A stretch of DNA of 64,000 nucleotides from Antedon mediterranea (lineage: Eukaryota > Animalia > Echinodermata). Position 1 is the first letter of the stretch. Every line of letters starts with the position of its first letter. Below are positions 38,681 through 50,728 of the stretch, piece after piece. The notes under the pieces were generated by a model. It did no database searches. It had not been told where the DNA came from and saw only the letters and a program-made list of their open reading frames with translations. The DNA lies in assembly GCF_964355755.1 (NCBI RefSeq), contig NC_092672.1, positions 9,734,001 through 9,798,000 of the forward strand. Direction: 5' to 3'. The translations under genes were made by a program, and so were the position numbers.

Positions 38681-41600
38681 TTATAATTCATCCTTTTGGT
38701 ACTCGTCTGCATCTGGTATTTCATTTGTTTGTCTGTTTGCAAAATCAAACTCCACACCATTCATTATAGCACCTGAAGTAAAATAAAAAACATTACCCGA
38801 CATAATCAAATAAGTTCATCCAGGTTTAAAATTTTCTGTGATTTCAGTTCAGCAGCTCTGACTATTGATAGGCAGGTTTTTTGATTAGTATACAATTAAA
38901 TACATATTTATTATCATACAAGAAATAACCTTGTAAGCATGATGGTCAAGTTTATAACTAATATAATATACAATTAATTCAATCAAAACTAAATTTTATT
39001 AATTTTATTTAAATTTTTTTACCATCAGAATTGTGCACATCTGTTGTGACTCATTCTGTACACACCACTGTGATTGTTAATTCATTATGATTAAGCTTTA
39101 ATTAGTCTATTTTGATTTTTTATTTAAAAGTACATTATTTCTTTGTTTTCTCGAATTCTAAAAGATTCAAAGTTACACAGAAAATGGATTGAACTTCTGT
39201 ATACATAATTTCATGTATACTTTTACGTATGTTAACTTGTTATCAGTATAGCCATTATAATGTTTTTTCACTCCAGTTGAAAACCGACGGTTTTCCGACG
39301 GCATTATTATGTGCGACATGTGGTATAGATTGTTTTACTTACTTACATTTATTTTTTAGAATATTGTTATGTGTTATGAAAGTGAATTGAATTGAATTGA
39401 ATTGTTTGCAAACATTCCACCTACCATTGCCAAATACTTGAATGCGGCCGTACATCGAAACCACTTGATTCATATTTTCAAGTAATTCCTTTTTACTAAT
39501 GATGTTATCTGAATTGACATCAAGCATGCTAACAATCTACATAAGAAAAAGAAACAATAATCATAATAAAAATAATAACTACAGTACTACAGTAGTAATG
39601 ACTATAATTTTTATGTGTTTAAATTTTAAATGTAAATATGTATAATTATGTTTGTATGATGTAGTATGTTTAAGCGGATATTAGCCCTTGATGGCATTTG
39701 CAGCAATAAAGAAATTGAATTGAAATGAATTGAAAGAGAGCACGAAAAATGTTACAACTGCTTATTTGGTGTTATTTTTTTAACAGTTTCTCTACTAAAA
39801 AACCAAACTTACACATCTGACTAAGCCAAAGGTGTACATCTTTTGCATTAACTCTGGAGTTTACACACACTGAGGGTACACCATACGAACATCTCTGTTG
39901 ATGCCCAATTGTGTGTGTGTGGGTAATGTGAAAGAGATAGTCTTTCTCAACAGGAAACCCTGTAGGAAAACCCCTAAACTTACAGTTAGAGCACCTTGCT
40001 CAGTTCCACCAATTCTCAAATATTCATTTGACAACTCTTCAACACTTATCAACTGGTTTGCAGAGATTTCAGATTCAAGAACATCAATAAATAAATTTCT
40101 GAAAAATCAGTTAATTAAAAATGAATTTACTCAAACCAGAACTGGATTTGTAGTTGTACTTAATTTTTGTAATGTTTTATGTAACTTACGTAATGTCCTT
40201 TTGTGATATTGAATAATATTCAAGTTCCTCTGTGTTTCCAGGATCCATACTCATAAGTTGCGCAAGCTCTTTCAACTGATCTAAGGGAAGGCTTTTCACC
40301 TTGTCACACGTGACGTAACCTTTCTGATCAGTATCTCCAAGAATAGTGACATACTAAATATATGAAAATTAAATAAAGAAATATTAGTATTGAATTAGAA
40401 CAATCTTTTGCACATAATAAGTGGATTTGTTTGATTGGAAAATAATATACAGCATACATACTATTTCCAGTAAGAGTGGCAGGAATGGGACGAGGTGTAG
40501 TATAACAGATTTGTTTGGAAGTACATGTAAAATAAACTACGAATGAAATACCTGTATGGCAGCATTTCTAACATACTCTTCATAAGAATCTACCCATTCC
40601 TTGAAAACTATATTTCTGACATCTTCAGATTGTAATTCCTGTCAAAAGTAAATAAAAAAGCATAATTTTGATTTTTCTCTGTTATTTATTTGATTACAAT
40701 GAAAAGAAATAAACTCTGGTGAAATTAATTAAATATTAGTGATGGCATAAACATCCAATTATTCACATTACAAATCAGGACAAAGGTCTCAAATTGACTT
40801 AACTATCTACCATTGTACAGCACCTCATGTGTCCCAATTTCTCTATTGTCCTTGTTTTGACTTTTTAAAATTGTATTATATTATTAGTATTTGCCAAAAA
40901 ATAATGTGACCTCTGAACCTTAATTGCCCAAGTTTTGTCAGAAAAGACAATATATTTTAGCCACCTATCAGGGCTGTAGCCACCTGTGGTTGCAATGCCA
41001 TCTTTTCTCATCTAGGCCTTTGACAAACCTGTGGCCAGCACAGTCCCCTTTTCTTGTGACGACCGCACCACCTTATTTCTCGTGGCTATGGACCTGCATA
41101 TTACATTATATAGTTCTATAGGCCAAGCAAATCTAAATCGTAAACACTATAAAATATTTTTAAATGACAGTAGGAATACTACCTCCATTAGAAACTCCAT
41201 GATGTATTCTACTGTGATACGGGACTGTAAATTCTCTATGCACATTTCATGTATTGTTTCACTGAAAGAGCAAACATAGTATTTTGTACCGTATAATAAA
41301 CTAAATTTATGTTAATAATTTGCTAATTAAAACCAGTTTAGTGATAATTACAGCTATTAATTTTCATTGAATTTCCAGTTAGTCAAGCATTTAGAAGTAC
41401 CAAATTGTTGCAATAATACCATTGACAACTGTGTGACAAATTTACACATTACAAAGGCCACTTCAGATGGTTGGCAAACATCATAAATTGGTAGATTTCC
41501 TTTTAAATATATTAATATTTATCAATTTAATTCAACGCAAAGCCACCTCTCACTATTTGCATACACAACGACAGTACAGTAAAATATTACAGAAATAAAG

Positions 41601-43565
41601 ACATTTTAATACATTATTTTTGATACACCTACTTTAATTCAAATGGACTATTATTTCCCATAGTTTGAATACCAAAGCCATCATATGTCCAAACCGTACC
41701 AACTTCCGTCAAGTGCATCTTTGCATCTACATTGGTACTGTCACAGTTGTGTGTTTCAAAGTTATCAATACGACCAAAAAGAAGTGAAACCGCAAGGTTT
41801 TTGTTTCCTCCTGATGTTACCAGGTGCCAGTAGCCTGTGGAATGACAATATATGTTGAAAGTTGATAAATCACAAACAAAATTTGATTTGTGAAAACTGC
41901 AGTAACTTACTGTATGATGACAACCTATAAATCATTTTACATGAAAAGGACTTCTTTATGTTTATGAAATGTTTACATTGTATATTGTAAAGATTAATTT
42001 AGCACTTGCCAGCTTTATACTCTGACGTTATCCAAATTCCTTCACTTGCACTGATGAAGGGCTAGTGTTGCCCGAAAGCTCTGCTAACTTTTCTGGCTGT
42101 TTACTTTATCGTTTTGATTTAGCTTTTCGCTTTTTATTTTTGTATCTCCATTGAGATCCAGCCACTGATACCCACAGCATTGTCATTTTTTTCAGTAATT
42201 TGCCTTTAGATTTATATATATATATATATAAATATCCGGGGCCCCGGGATATCAGCTGACAAGCGGTTTCAGGTGGAAGGGTTGCCCTCTCTAAATAAAT
42301 ACATTAAAAAAAATTCAACCTTTGGTTGGTACAATGCATATACAGTAGTTGGTTTGGTCATGTGTACATAGATGTACATGTGCATTGCAGGGAACCCTGT
42401 ATCGAAGGAGCAGCAGATTGTTTTTAGTTATACTGTACTTATCATGGTAAGATACTACTACAGCCACGGGTCTATAACGAGCCTATATGCCCATTTCCAT
42501 TAAGCTTTAGTGGCACTTTGTTTTAGAGAAATCAACAATTTAAATGTATTCACCCCTAGGAATAAAAAGACAATCTCCAGCCTTGACATTTACATACTTC
42601 CATGGAACATCTACAAACTGAGGGTGTTTGAGGAGATCAACTCTTTCAGGGTCTATGACAGAGAATCCTCCATATGCTTCTAAAACCTCTTTGGCTATTG
42701 GTATATTTCCCTCATCTTTAGGATGGATCATGATCCAATCCTTGGTTCCATTGTATAAGCAGTTGATTGCATCATCTGAATCCCTGGAGAGGTTGATAAA
42801 AATAGTTAACTATAAATTATTTTTATAAATGATATAACCATCTATGTTTTTTGCCTATTGGAATGAATAAAATCATAATATTCACATAAAAATGATACAA
42901 ATAAGATAAACACAAACATAATGAGACAAGAGCTTGTAAGGAAAGAAACTGTAAAAAAGGAAGTTTGTTCAACATTGCAATTTATAAAATGAGTGTACTT
43001 AAATAGAATGTACAGTAGAGGAGGGGTGTAATACCAATAGATTCATTTACCTGTGCAGTAAACTCTTTGTTCCTCCAGAACTGAACCATAAATTAGCTTC
43101 AGACAGGCGTGTACGGATTGTGCCACAGAGAAGGCACTTTGGAACAACAACATCCTTTCCCATTGGATCTGGCAGCTGAGACACAATATAAACATCATCT
43201 TCTTTGTATCGTCTAATAAAATTTTGCAAACTGTCCTGTCCAATTCCAAATGCTCCAATTGGTGAATTATCTTTCTCAAGTTTACTTTCAATCTTTACCT
43301 TGAATTTTCCATAATTCTCAAGCAGGTATTCGTCTGTCCACAGTTTAAGTCCCGGAGAAGGGTTTGCAGCACCACGAAACAACACTGGTTCTCCTTTGCT
43401 GACATATTTCTCCCAGAATTCTACTGGCCGTGGCACTGTGGTTAAGATTTCAATATGTCCATCTGATGGTCGATGGCTACCAAGGGGCTTTAAATGTCCT
43501 TTCGGGGCTGGGTTCGTTTCCATGGTTATTACAACCATTGATGTAAAAAGAAAAAATGAAATCAT
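38681..43565 (-). CDS. Predicted ER-luminal JmjC (cupin-8-type) 2OG/Fe(II) oxygenase with EF-hand-like loops and C-terminal KDEL (531 aa, 9 coding exons)
   Basis: Exons 43565-43051, 42783-42554, 41834-41633, 41261-41183, 40638-40552, 40353-40190, 40098-39984, 39536-39425 and 38772-38681 are GT-AG and in phase. Features: hydrophobic N-terminus, PVLFRGAA, LWFSSGGTKSLLHRD (HxD), GTK, AGDCLFIPRGYWH (distal His), EF loops DTDQKGYVTCDK and DVNSDNIISKKE, and a QKDEL* end. Confidence 0.88.
42045..42232 (+). mobile_element. Penelope-like pseudo-LTR remnant ending in (TA)n, copy 1
   Basis: About 170 bp highly similar to 44827-45005. It starts with the hammerhead and ends at a TA microsatellite. Confidence 0.7.
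42048..42084 (+). ncRNA. Minimal type I hammerhead ribozyme (Penelope-like-element type), copy 1
   Basis: GCA-CTGATGA-A-GGGC-TAGTGTT-GCCC-GAAA-GCTC-TGC: complete catalytic core, 4-bp stem II, palindromic minimal stem III and GCA/TGC stem I. Confidence 0.8.
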
Positions 43566-44659
43566 ATTTATTTTTCTTCACTGATATCTAGATTATTCCA
43601 TAAAAATTATGATCTCCTAAATAAAAAAGAAAAGAAATTATATTGAAACATATTGCAAAGCTGTGTTGAATATTACAGTAAATACAAATTACTCTACACA
43701 TCTCTAAACTTCATCTCTTGATATGGACAAGACAGTATGATCATATGAGATATGGCCTATTGCTCACTATTTATTCCAAATTGGAATTGCTTTTGAGAAT
43801 TTATGTTTGACATCAAGGTAAACCTCTTGAGCAAAATAGTCTATTTTTATAGGGTGACGGTGAAAATAGTGACTTACCTTTTTTTGCCTGGACCAACTGA
43901 AATACAGTATACTGTAAAGAAAAAAGGTCAGTAACTGTATGTGAGAAGATTTTATCTTAACATAATGTCCTAACATAATGTTTGTGATATTGAAATATAA
44001 TATTTTACTGCAATTACTTCCTGTTGTAGATTCCATGTTTATATGAAGATGCTACACGCTACAGATAATATAGCTGAGTTAAAATACATTTGGGAGCCTA
44101 AACGTACTACTCTGTATGTGTATATGAAAGAACTTGTTTACACTGCCTACTGACTATTAATATAATACTGTTGTAGATCCATAATTAAAGATGCCAAGGC
44201 CAGGTTCCAATCAACAACTATGCTGTATATAGCCTATACTATTTGTTTTTGTGTAGGCTTACTCAATACCTTTACTTGGTTTCTATTGCAATGATTTCAC
44301 TCACCTGTGTTCTTATCTAAACTAATGTTCCATCATTGACATTTTATCAGGTAGGTTATATAAGTTAACTCAAAATGACCAAAGCCTACTACAATACTGT
44401 ACTACATAAATAATTATTTTACAACTAAAATACACTCCCAGACAGAGAACTTTAAAGTGAAGTGAAGCATGCAACAAAAACAATAGGTGGTGTATATGCT
44501 GTTGTTATAGGTCAAATGCCACAAAAACAATATATATATATACATACAGCAGTACTCAGTGTTTACTTCAACATTGGAACGATCAGGGAGGGCGTTTTTT
44601 TAATATTTTATAAATTTCTTATAAAAAGGTATTATATTTTAATAGCTCATCGAAAATTA

Positions 44660-44826
44660 TCAAATATCAAGCAGATGGTTCCGGGTTCGAGTCTCGGTTT
44701 GGGCGACTTTTTCTCATTCTCACAGATTTCCTCATCTTTATCCTTTCAAATTAATTAATTAATTTCAGTATATCACCGGGCGGTTTAGAATTTATTCTGT
44801 GCCTTTGATGTTTATATATATATATA
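44660..44826 (+). mobile_element. tRNA-related interspersed repeat (SINE-like) ending in (TA)n
   Basis: B-box GGTTCGAGTC, then TTCTCATTCTCACAGATTTCCTCAT...AATTAATTAATTTCAG. Diverged - strand copies are at ~59255-59350 and ~60680-60845. Confidence 0.6.
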
Positions 44827-45005
44827 TTGCACTGATGAAAGGCTATAGTGTTGCCCGAAAGCTCTGCTAATTTTTCTGGCTGTTTTACTTTATCATTTTG
44901 ATTTAGCTTTTCGCTTTCTTTTGTATATCTATTGAGACCCAGCCACTGATACCCACAGCATCGTCATTTTTTCAGTAATTTGCCTTTGGATTTATATTAT
45001 ATATA
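44827..45005 (+). mobile_element. Penelope-like pseudo-LTR remnant, copy 2
   Basis: Direct repeat of 42045-42232, flanked by TA runs on both sides. Confidence 0.7.
44829..44867 (+). ncRNA. Minimal type I hammerhead ribozyme, copy 2 (stem II mismatch)
   Basis: GCA-CTGATGA-A-AGGC-TATAGTGTT-GCCC-GAAA-GCTC-TGC; the core-proximal stem II pair is A-C. Confidence 0.65.
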
Positions 45006-46836
45006 TTTTGTCATTTAAAAATAAAAAATAAAATATCAGGTCTGATTGGTTCTGGTTATACATTATTTATACTTATTGAACTACATTTCTTCTTTATTAA
45101 ATTTCTTGCATATATTTTCTGATAAATGTATGTGACTCTGATATAGATATTTTTAAAATGAAAAACAAAAACAAACAATACATTTACACCATGGATTTGA
45201 TTTATTAGGTCATACTGATCAACTTAATTTCAGTAGGGAATGTATTTAATGTATTCTTTAAAAATAACAATATTATATTTTGGCCCAAACACATTAAATA
45301 GCATCTAACATGTAAAATGCAACATGCCATTGATTCAGGGAATGGTATGAGTTACTATTATTGTTACATGGATTATGCTGCTTTATTAAGTCATACTCAC
45401 CAATTTATAATTTCAGTAGGAAATGCATTTAAGTATTCTATAAAAATAACAATATTTACTAGCTGATCAAGATATATCATATGATTTAGTTAATTTGAAT
45501 ACTATTATTACAATTCTTTGAATTAAATACTATTTTAATATCATATTTCAATCCACTACAAGCCAACTCATTTCTATAGTGAGGTTTTGACTATAAACAT
45601 TTGAATTTAGTATATACAATAAAATTGTTCCATTGTCTCAACAAACAATATAATATATAATATGTAATAATATAAGTACAGTCGATAAAATGATTAAAAC
45701 TACGATATTAAAATCATTATGTTAATTATAGAGAACTTACATAAAACTCAAAATTAAAAAGATATGTTTAAAAACTATTTGACAACTCACATCATATTTA
45801 AACTTTTCCATTAAAATATTCATTAGAATAACATACAATTTAGAATATTCAATGTTATATACATATATAGAAGATATGTTAAATTGTCATTTCTTCATTT
45901 TACCTTAATTATACATGAACATTATACCATGTGTAGCAATCGTTTAACCCAGCATTTTAAGATTGAGTTGTGTCATTAAATATAATAAATCTTTACTAAA
46001 TCTTGTTCAGTGTTGACATTTGAAAACACTGCTGTATGTCATTTTCTGTTCAGTAACTCCAGTCAAAATGAAAAACATAGAGTTCATCAAACTCATTACC
46101 ATACAGCATATTAAAAACATATATTTAATTGTAAAGAAATGACATACTATACAGTCAAACTGTATTTTCAATTTACTTTCAGAGCTCTATCTATAATTTG
46201 GCTCTGATATAGTATGTATATTTGTCTAAATTTATGCCATGATTTTACAGAATCACATCACACATCTTTCCTTTGGGACACGCTTGTTCAATAAAAAGTC
46301 TTGACCTGGTATGGTCATTAGCTTCATTCAGTAGCGACATGTGCCGAGGGCTAGGGATAGCCCCTCTACTCATTCCGATACTTTTAAATGTACATGCCAG
46401 ATGTGTAGAGTTACACTGGACTTCCAGTTTTATTTGAGAAGACTATCACCATTATCATGCAGGAATGCCTTGAATATGTGCCTATTGTTAGGGCTGTGCC
46501 TTTGTCTTAACTGCCTGTGGTCAACTTGGTGAGACTAACAGATATTTAAAATCATACTAGAAAATTTATATAAATATTCTATAATTTGTTTTAGTAATTG
46601 CACTGAAATGTTAGTTTGCAATAACAAGTTTTGACTGTTATTTAGAAATATTCCGAATATTTACAGGAATTCTGTTTTTCAGCTGATAAAATGCTGATTG
46701 AGTGTTTTCAGTGTTTTCCTTAGCCTCAGTGTAACTCTAAAATACATAGTATATGACTCAGCGATCTTTCTCAGATGACTTTCCCAAACAGTGACATACA
46801 GTTATATAGTATGCAGGATAATATGAGTGACAGTGA

Positions 46837-49374
46837 CTAGCGATGAACAAGAGGCTCATACTGAAACACACGAATATGATTATAGCCACAGCAGACGTGC
46901 ACTATTTGGCAATCAGGTAGGCAACAAATTAAATGATTAAAGTTACACAGTCGGTCACGGCAGCTGATTTCAATTTCAAACAGTGTTTTTTGGATGCAAG
47001 AGCCCACCCTAATAGCCACAATTTTTTCTCTATCTAAAATAAGGAGATAACCCTCTGGAGACAGACAGATAGCTTCTGGATGTTGTAGTCTACGAACCTC
47101 TGGCCCGTACACATTAATTGTATTATTGTGTATGTGATCAAGCTCTTGTACCCGACCATTGCCTTTATTACAAACGAACAACCTATCATTACCCTGTATA
47201 CATATGGATGTTGGATTAACAAACTGACCCCAATGATTGCCACGTTCTCCTATTGACTTGATTGGCGAAATAATTGTGTTTTTATCTGTGGCATCTGGTG
47301 TTTGGTAAAAGAAAACACAATGTTTTTCTTGGTCAGAAACAGAAACTACAGATCCAGATGGACTCACAGCAAACCCACCAGGGTTAGCTAGTGATTTCAA
47401 AATGAAAGACCTCTGACCCTCTGGAGTTGGTATGTGAAGTTCTGTTTTGGTCTTTTCAGCAGTGTTGTTGCCATTTGTTATAAACAACACAAATAGTTTG
47501 CCTTCTTTGTCAAAAGCAATGAAAGAAGTACCTTCATTTTGGTATGAATTGACAATAGCTGCTTTCTTCTGATTAATGGAAATAATTCTTTTGTTTATTT
47601 GAGTATCTGCAAGGTAGATAACACCATCTTTGTTGGTTGCAACATCAGTTATTTCATCTTCTGTGATGTTATCGGTGTCCCAGGTAATTCTTTTACAAAC
47701 TGAAGTTTTAAATGGTCCGGCTATCCTCATTCCATTGCACGTGATACATACTCCTACCTTACCAAGTTTGTTTGGAAGGAATGTGGCAACTAAATTGTCA
47801 GTGTCAATGAGTTTAAGTGTAAGTTGTATGGAATTACAAACTTCATCTTTACATACCACATCAATATTCTTAATTTCATCAAGCTCCATTTTGTTTCTGA
47901 AAATTGCTCTCAGTTCGAACATTTCATCACAAAAAACAATTTTTTGAAAAACCATATCAAGGCGATGAACAGAAACTTCCAAGTCTGCTGTAGGTGCTTC
48001 GAAACCCTCTATATAAATGTGAAACTTGTATAAGCCTGTGGATTTTGGGGTAAATTTTAAAGCATATTTTCCATTCTTGTTATCATCAAGATTGAACACA
48101 TGGGCTTCTTTATGATCATCACAGCAAGGAAAATCAACTCTTGCCCTTACTTGAAGACCACCGATTAGACAAACATTGCTGTTAGAAATTGACTGTATAT
48201 GAACTTCAAACTGATGATCCTTAAAGGCTACTGTTGGGTGAGAGATCTGAAATCGAGATGGACTGGTTCTGATTTCATTAGCTGTTTTTAGCAAAGTCTG
48301 GAAGTTGTTATCAAAATCAGCATTGTCGACTTCCATAAAGACATTTACTGTTGCTTTTTCATTTTCAAAAGCAAGGTACTCTTTTAAATCACTTATTATC
48401 TTCCTAGATTCTTCAATCATGGAAACTGGTGATGCAAGATGGAATTGTTCAATTGCCGTTTGGATATTCTCAAAGGTTTTACATAGCTGCTCAGTTACTT
48501 CTACATCTTTTCTTAATTTAGAGGTTTTCTCTTCCTCCATGGTATGAAACTCACATTCCTTGTGCTTTCCATATTCTTGCAGCAATCTCATGGATGTTTC
48601 TTGACATTTAGAAATCTGTGATTTCACAACTTCCAAATTCTCGTTCAAAGTAACTTCAGCTTTTTTCAATTGACCCTTTCGATTAGAATCTTGCTTGTAC
48701 TTCTTTAAAGCCTGGTTACATAACTCATCGACTTCTTGTTTTGTCTTTTCCATTTCTGTTATCAGATCAGTAAGATTATGGCCAGTGTGTCGGTCATCTT
48801 CGGCACACATGTCGCAAAGGTATTCTACCTGTTCATGATCATAGCACACCAAGGCAATGGAATGGCGTTTGTGCTTTGTGCAGCTTCTTTTTCTTCTAAC
48901 CTCTTTCAGATCAATATATTGGATAGATGTAGATTGAGGATGGCCTTCAATTTCAAAACTGTCATGCATATGACAACATTCTTTACATAAAACTTTACTA
49001 CACTCTTCACACCAGCCATATCCAATATTCTTTAAGCAACAATTGTCACAAGTAGGACTGTCCAATCTGCTCCGATTTGGTTTAAGTTGATCTTGAAGTA
49101 AATCTTTTAAATAAAGCGCTTCTATGTTAGTTGAACAGTATTCATTAAGTTCTGTATCGTTTGGAGGTAGCACATGCTTGTGGTTGCAGAAGGGGCATTT
49201 GACCGTCTTGTCATCAGGACTATGTTGAATCAATTTTTTAAGACACACAATGCACACGGTATGTTGTCTACATGGAAGATATTTTGGCAGGTGAATATGT
49301 CTATCATAGTCCTCATCACAGATGGGGCAAGAAACAAGTTGTTTTATTTTCTCCTTTTCAAAAGTTAATGCCAT
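46837..49374 (-). CDS. TRIM-NHL-type E3 ligase (RING, two B-boxes, coiled coil, filamin-like repeats, NHL-like propeller), 845 aa in a single coding exon
   Basis: RING CPIC...LPCRQHTVCIVC...CPFC; B-box1 CDNC...CEEC...LCKEC..H; B-box2 CTKH...C..H...LCDMC...H.GH; filamin-like DNKNGKYALKFTPKSTGLYKFHI; NHL-like GQFVNPTSICI and LQHPEAICL. Splice acceptor before 49399, ATG at 49374, and an upstream UTR exon with its donor at 49919. Confidence 0.9.
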   Translation of the reverse strand: MALTFEKEKIKQLVSCPICDEDYDRHIHLPKYLPCRQHTVCIVCLKKLIQHSPDDKTVKCPFCNHKHVLPPNDTELNEYCSTNIEALYLKDLLQDQLKPNRSRLDSPTCDNCCLKNIGYGWCEECSKVLCKECCHMHDSFEIEGHPQSTSIQYIDLKEVRRKRSCTKHKRHSIALVCYDHEQVEYLCDMCAEDDRHTGHNLTDLITEMEKTKQEVDELCNQALKKYKQDSNRKGQLKKAEVTLNENLEVVKSQISKCQETSMRLLQEYGKHKECEFHTMEEEKTSKLRKDVEVTEQLCKTFENIQTAIEQFHLASPVSMIEESRKIISDLKEYLAFENEKATVNVFMEVDNADFDNNFQTLLKTANEIRTSPSRFQISHPTVAFKDHQFEVHIQSISNSNVCLIGGLQVRARVDFPCCDDHKEAHVFNLDDNKNGKYALKFTPKSTGLYKFHIYIEGFEAPTADLEVSVHRLDMVFQKIVFCDEMFELRAIFRNKMELDEIKNIDVVCKDEVCNSIQLTLKLIDTDNLVATFLPNKLGKVGVCITCNGMRIAGPFKTSVCKRITWDTDNITEDEITDVATNKDGVIYLADTQINKRIISINQKKAAIVNSYQNEGTSFIAFDKEGKLFVLFITNGNNTAEKTKTELHIPTPEGQRSFILKSLANPGGFAVSPSGSVVSVSDQEKHCVFFYQTPDATDKNTIISPIKSIGERGNHWGQFVNPTSICIQGNDRLFVCNKGNGRVQELDHIHNNTINVYGPEVRRLQHPEAICLSPEGYLLILDREKIVAIRVGSCIQKTLFEIEISCRDRLCNFNHLICCLPDCQIVHVCCGYNHIRVFQYEPLVHR

Positions 49375-50032
49375 GTTTCCAATACTTTCTCTAAATGATC
49401 TAAAAAACAACAACAAAAGATATCATTAATTTTGTCGATGGACTCAAAACAAGTCTGTCACTGTCTCGTCCTCATAAAATTATTTGTTCAGTTTTAAATA
49501 AACATAAAGAAACCTTGTTAGTCTTTCACAGAAAACCATAACTAAAATCTTTAATAATTGAGTCTTCTAGAATAAAATTGATAAACCAATTAATACAAAT
49601 ATGTTATTTTAGGGAGTGTTGGTTAGGCCTACTGAATATAGCGATGATGAATTTGAACTAATAATATCATTATAAGATTAATCTCATACTTTTTTCCAGG
49701 CCCTTTTAGACCTCTTAGTAAGCCGACGGTAATACAAAATGGGGTCATGGTCATGGTCTCTTCCCCCTGCTCTACAAATGATTTTCGCTGGTCTGCCTGG
49801 TCTAGGCTATAGCAGAGAGAGTGTAAGATATAGTAGCTATATACTGCTGGTCCCCTATTCTGTTTATAATAAAATAGAAAAACAAACTTAATTTATCAAA
49901 CAATATTATTATTCGTTACCTGTACAGTAAGTTTATCGATCTTGCTTTAAGCTTTCATGAAAACATGAATATAATGACGGAAAATGTTCTTCTTATGGGA
50001 ACTGGGCGTGGTGTAAGATTTTCGGCAGATGT

Positions 50033-50065
50033 GGGGTTTTTCCAATAATCATTTTGGAATTCCCC
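50033..50065. promoter_or_regulatory. Two NF-kB/Rel-type sites upstream of the TRIM first exon
   Basis: GGGGTTTTTCC (50033-50043) and GGAATTCCCC (50056-50065; GGGGAATTCC on the - strand), with a GC-box-like GGGCGTGG at 50004-50011. Confidence 0.55.
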
Positions 50066-50728
50066 ATTGTAAATAACGCCACCAACGTGCACGAGAAGAA
50101 CTTACGTACTTTATTTTTAAAATACCCGCTTTATTTTAAAAAACGTCATAAAAAGGAGCCACGTTTATTATTTCTAAATCCTTGATATGACTTTCAAAGT
50201 GGCTTTTAAAACTTTGTGTCATGTCTGTCTGACAAAGAACTTGCATCGAGCAGCTCCTTATTTATTATTTATAGGGCATACCCATAGGATAGGCCTACTA
50301 TGAGAGAGGATTCCATTCACGGCCTGATTTTTTTTCCTAATAATTTATTTCTAATAATTTCTTTCTGCTTTATTCCACTATTTCAGGCCCACGATATTAT
50401 ATTATACAATGGCACTAAAAAGTAGTAGGCCCACGTCTTAACGTTAGTAATTATGTTATTTCATCAATTAGGCCTAATTGTCATTGGTGTTGATAATGAA
50501 TACAAAGTAAGTAGGCCTACTATATCCATGACTTAAGTGAATCGTGCTTTCAAAATGTTAGTATTTCTTATTTACATTAAATATCAGACGGTTGTGGTTT
50601 TGTATCAACTCTTGATTCTTTACCGAAAAATGTAAGGCGCGAATTAATTTTTTTACTAGTTCAATCACCCCGGGAAAATTCTTACAAAGTATATAGCGCC
50701 CTCTCTGTTAACTAATTCTAAATGAGAC

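Noticed and set aside
41913-42025. Box C/D snoRNA (ATGATGA...CTGA)
   Set aside because: It is antisense to the host intron, has no terminal stem and is AT-rich, so it is likely chance.
47630-49368. + strand ORFs overlapping TRIM (likewise those opposite ELOVL, JmjC and RTE)
   Set aside because: They are antisense shadows of real coding sequence.
49375-49416. N-terminal extension of the TRIM ORF (MLLFFRSF...)
   Set aside because: It has a non-ATG start and crosses the splice acceptor at 49400/49399.
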